This document shows, piece after piece, positions 1 through 11,100 of a stretch of DNA of 64,000 nt. This DNA is from Somniosus microcephalus (taxonomy: Eukaryota): assembly GCA_052327205.1 (NCBI GenBank), contig CM126230.1:42408001-42472000 (forward strand), read 5' to 3'. A program made the position numbers and the translations under genes. Below the pieces are notes generated by a model. That model did not search any database. It was not told where the DNA came from and saw nothing but the letters and a program-made list of their open reading frames with translations. Numbering within the stretch: position 1 is the stretch's first letter; the number at the start of each line of letters is the position of its first letter.

Positions 1-723
1 TTCCTGTATTTAATCTCTTAATGTTCTCAGTGCCTATTGTACCTGTTTGATATTGCATAATTACTTAGTTATGCTGACAGTTCTAGTTTAAAACCATTTT
101 TAAACTGTGTTCTGAAAGCATTTGGATAAAATACAACTGACTGATTAAGATTCTGAAAGGCATTCTGTCATCAAACAATCTTTCTGTTCCTGTAGGTAGA
201 AGACTTTGTGGAACCCAATGGGAAAATCTCTCTCCAGCGCGAAGAAACCCCCTCAAATCGGTAGGAGGCATATTTACATTGTTGAGTGATCTGAGAAGAT
301 TCAAATTGTGCTCGTCTGATGTTCGATTTTGAGTTTTGCCGCATTATAATCACTTAAAACCTCCACCTGTCCTGTTCATTTCCCAAGTGTTCCGTTTGAT
401 TTAGAGTATCAGTCAGTCTCCCATAGCATTGCTCTAGTGGAGTTGAGACCAGATGCAGTATTCAGGTCAGGCAGAGTTAGAAAGAGGGGATAACTAGACC
501 CAGATAAGGGAGAAGGCAGCTGCAGGGGGAGAGGGCGAGGCATTGGGAGAGAGAGGGATGGGGAGGCGAGGAAAGGGGTTGAGGGGATATTGCTAGAAGG
601 TGGAAAGAGGGGAGGGATAGGTGAATGGGAAGGCAAGGATAGGGCAAAGGGGGGACCGGGGGAGGGGGAATAATAGGAGGAGGGCAGGGAGGTGGAGGAT
701 ATTTGGATGATTAGTGGAGGGTG

Positions 724-975
724 GGGTTACCAACTCTGCTTGGACATATTCCCGGAGACTTCATCACCTGACCCACAGCCTCCGACCACCCCGCCCAGTC
801 AAACAGCTTTTCTTCCCCATTTCCAATATTTTTGTAACAAAAGAGTTCATTTAAAAAATAAAAAATAAAAATTTAATGCCCCGATGAATTTTCTCAAGTT
901 TGCTCACCGCAGTGTCCAGGAGATTAATCTTCAATTCCTGGAAACTCCAGGGCAATCCAGGAGGGTTGGTAACCC
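724..975. mobile_element. Short non-autonomous DNA transposon (hAT-like TIRs)
   Basis: gggttaccaactct (724-737) and agggttggtaaccc (962-975) are inverted repeats; TSD not recognisable. Confidence 0.55.
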
Positions 976-1507
976 AGGAGGTGGTGAGGGTTGGGAGTGA
1001 GAGGGTTGGGTAGTTTCCCAGGGCCTGTTTTAACGTCGTTTGGAGGAGAGGGTCACAGGGCCAAGGACGATTTCCTTGTTCATTGCTTTAGGGTCATGCT
1101 TTACACCTTCACTCCTTGGCCGATGAGTAACATGGTCGGATATGTACTAATCGGTATTAAAAGAATGAACAGTTCAAGGGTTAATTATGTTCTGCTCTTG
1201 TAGTGTAAAGCTACTATCATAAAATAAGTAATTTCCTCCAATCCTACTGTAAATTTTATAGATACTGATATTAAAATGCTTTGTGCTACCCTCTATGTCC
1301 TTATGCAGTGCCATTCAAAATTATCACCATTAAGTAGAATGATATTGACTCTGATTTTAAATATTATATACAAAAACTGAACAGTTTCAACAAAAAGCTG
1401 GACAACACCATTTTAATAGCTTAAAGGATGTAAACATTTCTGCCATAATTTTTGTCAATTTTCTATACAACAAATACACTTCTCAGAATTCCTGGCAGTC
1501 CAGTTAA

Positions 1508-1946
1508 CCCATCACCTATGTGCTCGCTGACCTACATTGGCTCCCGGTTGAGCAACGCATCGATTTAAAAATTCTCATCCTTGTTTTCAAATCCCTCCAT
1601 GATCTCGCCCCTCCCTAGCTCTCTAACCTCCTCCAGCCCTACAACTCTCCAAGATCTCTGCGCTTCCCTAATTCTGGCCTCTTGAGCCTTCCCGATTTTA
1701 ATCGCTCCACCATCGGTGGCCGTACCTTCTGTTGCTCTGGAATTCCCTCCCTAAACCTCTCCGCGCCTCTCTCCTTTAAGACGCTCCTTAAAACCAACCT
1801 CTTCGACCAAGCTTTTGGTCATCTGTCCTAAATTCTCCTTATGTGGCTCGGTGTCACATTGTGTCTGGTAACGCTCCTGTGAAGCGCCGCGGGACATTTT
1901 TACGACTGTACGTTAAAGACGCTGTATAAATGTAAGTTGTTGTTGT
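1508..1946 (+). mobile_element. L2-type LINE 3' fragment
   Basis: catcacc...gctgacctacattggctcccgg...ctctggaattccctccctaaac...cgctgtataaatgtaagttgttgttg. Related copies at about 11630-11875(-), 13925-14365(+), 28270-28525(+), 40725-41085(+) and 61210-61540(-). Confidence 0.75.
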
Positions 1947-1976
1947 AAAATCCGATATTTTTGTTTTGAAATGTAG

Positions 1977-2100
1977 CGGTGAATCCACAGTTCTGAGCTT
2001 TGTCAGTTGGCTCACGTTAAGTGGCAATGAACAGTCCGGCCTAAGGGGACCCTCTATCGAGAATGAAGAGGCCAAACAAGCAGCCCTGCAATGCATCAAG
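1977..2100 (+). CDS. GBF1: GBF1 exon (GESTVLSFVSWLTLSG...ALQCIK)
   Basis: tgtag| at 1976, |gtaaat at 2101; 124 nt. Confidence 0.93.
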
Positions 2101-5100
2101 GTAAATTTAACTTCATGCTGCCTGGAAGATGGCCATGTTTTTTTGGAAGATGTTTAACGTTTGGTGGACCTCTGTAGCTTCTAATGTATTAAACACCGCT
2201 TATCCTTGAATGTAAGCTGTGGTCTGGGAACAGGAAAATGGTGCTCTCTATAATTCGTTCACCTGCTCAGAATTATTGCATCGCATTACAGTATTTCAGA
2301 CTTTTACCACTTGCCGTTTCTTTTTCTTTTAATCCCATTAATTTTGTTTGTATAATTTTTTTTTAATGATTTCTCAGTACCTTTTTAATAGGTTTGCCCG
2401 AGAGTAAAAGCATGCCTTCTATTCTAAATATACCCTTCTATTAGTTAAACACCATTTAGCACCAGTCGCGATCACGAAGTGTTGAAACGGTTCTCCTATC
2501 TTCCCAGTGTTATTTGCATTTGATGATGATGATGGGAGGAGGTGGACACACATTTATAATGGGCCTTGAAATTAAGCTGTGAATATCAGCGGGTGAATGC
2601 TTAACATGTCCACCTTGGGAAGAGCCACACAAGCTCTGGGTAATGTGGAGTCTTCAACTTCTACCAGGCAAAGCTTCCAAACACCATTTTATGTAAATAC
2701 AACAGTGCGTGTCTTTAATAATAACTGGTTAACAGTGATGCAGATCAGCAACTGCAGTCGCACTTAATCTTCCACCTGTCCCCCTCCTTCTGTTCCTCCA
2801 CAGAATCTACAGTCCCACCTTTCCTCTCCCCATCCTCAGGGGTTTGTGGAGTCACAGCATCACCTTCTCATAGCCAGTCCTTCAGCGTCATTATAAAGCA
2901 AAATTCCTTTTGCCAGCTATTTTTACTTTGCAATTGTTCTACCCCTGAACTTAAGACTACCGACCTTGTTTCAATTTTGCTATCTCCTCCCAAAAATTCT
3001 ATAAAATCATTTCTTTTCTGACATTTACCAGAAATCTTGTACATGCCTCCTGATGGTTGTAGGTTCAAGTCCCACTCCAGAGACTTGAGCACAAAATCTA
3101 GGCTGACACTCCAGTGCAGTGCTGAGGGAGTGCTGCACTGTCGGAGGCACCGTCTTTCGGATGAGACATTAAACCGAGGCCCTGTCTGCTCTCTCGGGTG
3201 GACGTAAAAGATCCCATGGCACTATTTCGAAGAAGAGCAGGGGAGTTATCCCCAGCGTCCTGGCTAAATATTTATCCCTCAATCAACATCACTAAAACAG
3301 ATAATCTGGTCATTCTCACATTGCTGTTTGTGGGAGCTTGCTGTGCGCAAATTGGCTGCTGCGTTTCCTACATTACAACAACGACTACACATCAAAAGTA
3401 CTTCATTGACTGTAAAGGTCTTTGGGGCATCCGGTGGTCGTGAAAGGCGCTATATAAATGCAAGTCTCTTTTTATACCCTGTTCTTTCAATTGCTCGAGA
3501 TGTGAAATGTAGCTTAATCATTTCGCAAACTATTTCATATTGTTTGACTTAATATCGCAGCGGTGTACTTTGCAGAGCGTACTTATCAGTTGAATCAATG
3601 TTTAGTGGCCCGTGATATACTACTCGGGAGTAACAACATTGTTGCCCATCCTGCTAGTTTTTTGACTCATCGTCCTTTGACCTTTTTATTCCAGCAATGC
3701 GACCCTGAGAAGCTGATTACTGAGAGCAAGTTCCTTCAGCTGGAGTCTCTTCAAGAGCTGATGAAGGTATTTATAAAATAAACATTGTACAAACTGAGGA
3801 TCTCCCGTGCCATTACTCGTGGATAGTCTTGGGTCTTGCGCATGGTGATCTTTAGCTGTTCATGTGGCCTATCCCATGAAGGCCATTGCTATAATGAGGC
3901 AAATACGGGTAATTGCAGTTACTTATAGATTACCGAGGTTCGGTGGTGGGCAACTTACAAGAATTTGCTAAATTAAGTAAGGAGTTGCACTGCACTGTTT
4001 CAGCAACGTGGGATGTGTAGTATAACTGCCTCATAGTATGAGGGCACACAAATCTATCACATTGAACAATAATTTCTTCATGTATAAAGCTACAGGATTG
4101 GTCGTGTTGCATTCATAATGCAACGTTATTCTAATTTTGGTATTTCTTTTTTGGAAATTTATTAACTTGTTTAGATTTAGAGCTTTCTCGTTACCCCCTA
4201 CCCCATATTAAAACTGGTTTACTTAACCTGTAATTTCACCAGGCTCTCATTTCTGTGACACCAGACGAGGAGACCTATGATGAAGAAGATGCGGCTTTTT
4301 GCTTAGAAATGCTGCTGCGGATAGTGCTGGAAAACAGGTACATGGGAAGCACCTGGGCCACTTCAAGGTTAATCTCAGAAACTGAATATAGATCAGATTT
4401 ATTATCAATTATAGAACAGTTAACGAGCAGAAAAGGACAGTCCCTACTTTGGACTGTTGACAAATACCGGAGATAAATGGCTGGCCTGAATGCTATTTGC
4501 AAATGGGAAGCTTGTAACATGCCAAAAAAGCATACCCTAATTCAAGGGACTGACATGACAGAAAACATACTTGAAAAATGTGACGACATCCCACCAACTC
4601 TTCCAAGCTGATGTCGATAATCTGCGAACATCAGGGCACGAGAAAGAATTCACCCCAATCAGGCGAGAACTTGCTGTCTATTCCGAAACAGCAGACTCAA
4701 ACAGGAGAAATTCACCATTCTCCCACTTTCACGGATTACTTAAAATCACGGAACATTGTTCAGGTTGCTTATTTTTTCTTTACTAATTTTTTTTCTCTCC
4801 TTCCTTACTAAAGAGACCGTGTTTCATGTGTCTGGCAGACTGTACGAGACCATCTCTACCATTTGACTGTTCATGCCACAGAGCAGTGCTTCCTTGTTGA
4901 AAGAGCGGTTGTAGGTCTGTTACGGCTGGCAATAAGGTTGCTGCGCAGAGAGGAGATCAGTCCACAGGTACGCAGGAATAGCACAACTGAACTGAACTAA
5001 AAAAGGCATAAGTTATTTTTGTTTAAACTTCAGCTAGTAAACCAAACTCCTACACATGGACATTAATAGAACCTTTAAATTTAACCTTGCAACAAAGGGC

Positions 5101-8100
5101 GCGATCTTGCCAGCCCTGGGGTGGCGGGACTGCCGGGAAAATGGCAGAATCTGGGGGCGGGTGCCCATCCCGCCTCCGTGCCGTCTTCCCAGGAGGCGGG
5201 TAGCCGACCAGCGCCGGGTCCTGTCTCCTGGAGGCGGGAAGGGGATTACAGCTACTTAACTGCCCGTTAACAGGTAGTTAACAGACAGATAAGAGGATTA
5301 TCCCCATTTTACCCACACAAGTGCGGGCTTCCCGAAGGCTGCAAACCCGCCAGGGTCACCGAGGCGAGCAGTGGGTCTGTGGGGGTCAGAGGGGTGCAAA
5401 AGTGCGCTGTGAAGGTAAGTGATGGGTGCAAGTGTGGAGAGGTAAGTATGTGAAGTGAGTGGAAAGTGATCAAAAATGTTTACTTACCTTTGTTTCTTCC
5501 TGCAGGCTTCAAACGTTGGGGATGCAGAGAGTCCCACATCTCACCGGCAGAGATGACAGATGGCCGCTGTATTCTCCAATGCAACAACCATCTAATTTCT
5601 GCTAAAGAAAGGTTTGATGAGTCTTGAATACAAGGACTCATCAAACTACAGAGAATGTCGGTGTTTGACAGCTTCACAGAGCTGTCAAACGATGACAATT
5701 CATCTGTCAAAAATTTTTGACAGATGAAATGTCATATGCCGACGTTGTCTGTAACCGGCTTCCCCTTAATTGGCCTGCTAAACCCGCTGGGCGGGCTTAA
5801 CAAGGTCAATCAAGGGAAAATAGCGTGGGTTGGCCAGAAGTCGATGGAGGCGGGACTGAAACCCGACAAGTGGGAGTCCCGCCTCCAAAAGCTCCCCATT
5901 GGCAAAATCCAACCCATCGAGTCACAACATTTTACAGCACAGAAGGAGGCCAGTTGGCCCATTGCACCTTTGTTGGCCCTCTGAAAAGAGCTTCGTCCTA
6001 TCCCCATCCCTTAAGCCATAATCTTTAATTTTTCTTTTTATCCGCTTCTCTTTTAAAGCTATTATGGATGCTGCTTCCACCACTATTTCTGATGAGGCAT
6101 TGCAACAATGTTCCCTGTAATATTTTTTGGCCCTGCACGTCCCCTTTATGGGGCTGCGTGGGCCATTTAAAATACCGCTCGTGAGGTTTTTACATTAAAA
6201 GGCCAGCTGTGTGGGTTCCCTGGCGAAGTACATTGCAACCTTCTGCATAAAAAAAATTCTCCTAACCTCCTTTCATTATTACAGCGATGATCTTAAATTT
6301 TTGCCCTTTAGTTACCCGTTGAAATAGTTTTTCCTGAATTATCTCATCAAAACCTCTCTTAATTTTGAGCACCTCTATCTTAGTTCCACTGAAAAGCGCC
6401 CCAGTGTATCTAGTCTCCACTTAACTAAAGCCTCTTACTCCTAGCATCATAATCATTTGCGCGCGCTCTCCCTGTAACCTTGACATCTTTCCTAAAGTAA
6501 GGCAGCCTAACCAATAAGTTGTATAGTTTTTGCATTACCTCTTTGCTAGGGATAACTCAATTTGATTTTTCCAAATGGAAATTGAACAATTGGAATAGCA
6601 GCAAAACACTGAGCAGTAGCACAGAGCCACGTTTTCAGTTATCTAAAACCCCTGGAATCTGATATTTTTAATCTGATGCAGAAGCAATGTTCCTTTGAAT
6701 TTTTTTTTCTGTGCGTGGTCCCTTTACGTGCGGCTGCGCATGCGTGATATCTCTTCCAACTTGTGAGCGGCCTGTGCAGGACCTTCTGATTGCTGCACAC
6801 CCATGCACCTTAGGGGGAACCTTGTGCAGAAGGAATCCTGTTCTGGTGACTGAGGTTAAAATCCTTTCTGCAACTGCTTTAGAGTAATCTGTGTAAAACC
6901 ACGGGACAACTAAATCAAGTTACTGAATTTTCATAAATATTCAGTGAGAATTTTTTACTGACTCTGAAATAACATGGCTCATTTTTGTGGTGAATTTTGT
7001 GCTCATAGAGGTGTTAATGCTGCAGACTGGAACTCTGTGTTGGGCACCAAGTATAAAAATCAGGTATAACACATTTAGATGCAGAATAAAGCACCTTTCA
7101 CTCGACCCCAATAGAATCTGTCAGTCCCAGGCTTGAAAGCACCTTGCCACTGCACCAATCCAACCTATCTAAACTGGAAGTTGCTGCCCATTTTGATTTT
7201 ATTGGTATTGCTGTGAAGTAGAGATTATGTAATTTTTTTGGTAACAATAACTTTTTTTTATTCGTGTGGGTGTCGCTGGCGAGGCCAGCATTTACTGCCC
7301 ATTGATGATGAAGGAACGGCGATATATTTCCAAGTCAGTATGGTGTGTGACTTGGAGGGGAACTCGGAGGTGATGAGGGCCCACAATAAAGTCCACCATG
7401 TCTTCAGTGCCCATCCAGTGAGGAATCTGACATCGACTCCTGTGGCACCTCTGCGATTTATTGTCCCCGTGATGTGTTGTCTAATGGCAGTTTTAAGCCA
7501 GCTACAAATACCTGAATAGAATAAGGGGAATGAATTTTTGTCTCTAATATTCTCATTTATCTTTCAGGTGCTTCTCTCCCTGAGAGTTCTCCTCATGCTG
7601 AAACCCATTGTCCTGTCCCGAGTGAGCCGACAGATTGCATATGGCCTGCACGAGCTGTTGAAGACCAACGCTGCCAATATTCACTCAAGTGATGACTGGT
7701 GCACCTTGTTTACTCTCTTAGAATGTATTGGTGCAGGAGTCAAACCTCCACCTGCTTTGCAGATAACATCTGGAGTCGATAGCCATGACGCAGGTTAGAT
7801 TTCCAGAATAACCCCATTTGCTAAGTAGCCTCTCTGCTGTTATGAAAAGTGAAGCTTCATTCACTGATGAGCAGCTGGTGTTTTCTCCGTTTGTTAGTCG
7901 TTCAAAACAAAACAGACACTGGAGAAGGCGGGTGGGGGGGAAACAAACTGAAAACAAGGCCGCAAGGAGAATTTGAACACCAGGTGCTTCAGCTACTTTT
8001 AACTGTAAACAGAGTCTTATGATACCAGCTAGCTAATATATTTTATAAGACCTGCTTGATCTCGAACGGACTCCATTACTGAAAGATGTAGTGAATCTCA

Positions 8101-11100
8101 CTAATTGCTCCAAACGCTGAACTTGAGTTGAGATTTTTTTTTTAATTTATTGTTCCTGGGATGTGGGCGTCGCTGGCAAGGCCAGTATTTATTGTCATCC
8201 CTAATTGCCCTTGAGAAGGTGGTGGTGAGCAGCCTTGAACCGCTGCAGTCCGTGTGGTGAAGGTACTCCCACAGTGCTGTTAGGGAGGGAGTTCCAAGAT
8301 TTTGACCCAGTGATGATGAAGGAACGGCGATATATTTCCAAGTCAGGATGGTGTGTAACTTGGAGGGAACTTGGAGGTGGTGGTGTTCCCATGCGCCTGC
8401 TGCCCTCGTCCTTCTAGGTGGTTGAGGTCGCGGGTTTGGGAGGTGCTGCTGAAGAAACTTTGGCGAGTTACTGCATTGCATCTTGCAGATGGTACACACT
8501 GCAGCCATGTTGCGCCGGTGTTGGATGAGGTGCCAATCAAGCTGGCTGCTTTGACCTGGATGGTGTCGAGCTTCTTGAATGTTGTTGGAGCTGCAGTCAT
8601 TCAGGCAAGTGGACAGTATTCCATCACACTCCTGTCTTGTGCCTTGTAGATGGTGGAAAAGCTATTGGGAGTCAGGAGGTGAGACACTTGCCGCAGAATA
8701 CCCTGCCTCTGACCTCTTATTGCTACATTATTTATGTGGCTGGTCCAGTTAAGTTTCTGGCCAATGATGGCCCCCAGGATGTTGATGGTGGGGGATTTGG
8801 CGATGGTAATGCCGTTGAATGTCAAGGGGCGGTGGTTAGATTCTCACTTGTTGGAGATAGTCATTGCCTGGCACTGGTGTGGCGCGAATGTTACCTCCCA
8901 CTTATCAGCCCAAGCCTGAATGTCGTGCAGGTCTTGCTACATGAGGGCATGAACTGCTTCATTATCTGAGGAGTTGCAAATGGAACTGAACACTGCAGTC
9001 ATCAGCGAACATCCCCACTTCTGACCTTATGTTGGAGGGAAGGTCATTGATGAAGCAGCTGAAGATTGTTGGGCCCAGGACGCTGCCCTGAGGAACTCCT
9101 GCAGCGATGACCTTGGGGCTGTGATTGTCCTCCAACCACCACAACCATCTTCCTTTGTGCTAGGTATGACTTCAGCCAGTGGAGAGTTTTCCCCGATTCC
9201 CATTGACTTCAATTTTGCTACGGCTCCTTGATGCCACACTCGGTCAAATGCTGCCTTGATGTCAAGGGCAGTCACTCTCACCTCACCTCTGGAATTCAGC
9301 TCTTTTGTCCATGTTTGGACCAAGGCTGTAATGAGGTCTGGAGCCGAGTGGTCCTGGCGGAACCCAAACTGAGCATCGGTGAGCATGTTATTGGTGAGTA
9401 AGTGCCACATGATAGCACTGTCGACAACACCTTCCATCACTTTGCTGATGATTGAGAGTAGATTGATGGGGTGCTAATTGGCCGGATTGGATTTGTCCTG
9501 GTTTTTGTGGACAGGACATACCTGAGCAGTTTTCCACATTGTTGGGTTGATGCCAGTGTTGTAGCTGTACTGGAACAGCTTGGCTAGAGGCGCGGCTAGT
9601 TCTGGAGCACAAGTCTTCAGCACGATAGCCAGGATGTTGTTGGGGCCCATGGCCTTTGCTGTATCCAGTGCGCTCAGCCGTTTCTTGATATCACATGGAT
9701 TGAATCAAATTGGCTGAAGACTGGCTTCTGTGATGGTGGGAACCTCAGGAGGAGGCTGATATGGATCATCCACTCGGCACTTCTGGCTGAAGATTGTTGC
9801 AAACTCTTCAGCTTTGTCTTTTGCAATAACTACCAAAAGTGGCAGATCTAATGCATTGGTAAGTCAGATATTTCAAATATTAAGAAAGATAATTAGCTAC
9901 ATTAAAAAGGTAAATGCTGTTACCATTTTCAGTGAAACTGGAGTAGTGTTGTGGTAGTTAAATGTTTCTTGATGTCCCTTACATTATCTTAATTTTGAAG
10001 TAGGAGTTAAAATTGCGATTCATTAAATATAATTATTGATAATATTGCAAAATATTGGGTGTTGGTTAAAAGGTGGAGAATTGCTGGCATTTTTTAATTG
10101 AGAAAATATCTGTTAAATGTTTACGCTTGGGTCACCCGGGAAGGACGTTTTCCTCATCAGATGCATAGAATTTTATTGTTTTATTAGCAACCTTCCAGTA
10201 GATTTGCTGAAGTTTTTTTTTTTTTTTTTTTTTTTAAAGGCTATAATTTCTCTCTTGCCCCAAGTCCCCTCAGGCTACATGTTTCTGCACAGGGTGGGCT
10301 GGTCAAGTGATCTGCTTTCGAGTCTCTACGAAGTCAACAGGAAGTTCACAAGTAGCCCAGGGTGACTGAGTATTCAATCTTTCCCTTTCTATGGAGAGTG
10401 ACTAACTCCTGGGCTGCAGTTCTCCCAATGGCCTGGCTAAGATCTGGAACTAAGCCAAGGAGCAAATTGCTGCAGGAGATGGCGAGTTGGAGAACTGTTC
10501 TCAAAAGTATCTTTGGATGTAGGAAATCCAAGCTATGCGGAACTAATTCAGTATAAATCCATAATAGGAGGCATGGTTTTCAAATATATTGATCCTCTGG
10601 TAAGATGATTCCTACTAAACTGGGCTTGTATGAGATTGCAGCTGGCTGGAGACACATTGGTCTTCCTCCATTGGTTTTGCTCCCAGATTTGGGGAACCAA
10701 CAACGTTGAAAATATGGGTTTACAAATGAGCCTTTGGCTGGAAGTAGCCAGTTTTAGTGAAGTCCATGTGTGAAACTCGCCCCAGTGTTAACCTGACTGA
10801 TTATCTGAGGGTACTACCCTACACAGCTGAGCCCGGCATGATTGGTACCCAAAATGAAAGCTAAAAGTGGGAGAGTGACTCACCAATGTTTCTTTCTCTG
10901 TCGGGAACAGCGGAAAATCAGCTGGGGAAAAGTGCTGCGAAATTGCCTAATCTGTAGGTTTGTACATCTCAGGCACTTGTACCTCATTTGAGGTGAGTTC
11001 AGATGCAGGCTCCCTCATTCTAAATTGCAAAAAAAAGTAAATGACAGGAAATCAGACAGCATTGTCTTTAGTTTCTGCAGCCTGTGTACCTGGCGCCTTG

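Noticed and set aside
480-720. Purine/G-rich tract and the Pro-rich ORF 409..636
   Set aside because: Low-complexity sequence with G4 or triplex potential only; no ordered repeat or coding evidence.
5612-5646. TTGATGAGTC...GAC as a hammerhead
   Set aside because: It lacks the C of CUGAUGA and the GAAA after stem II; it is a simple palindrome.
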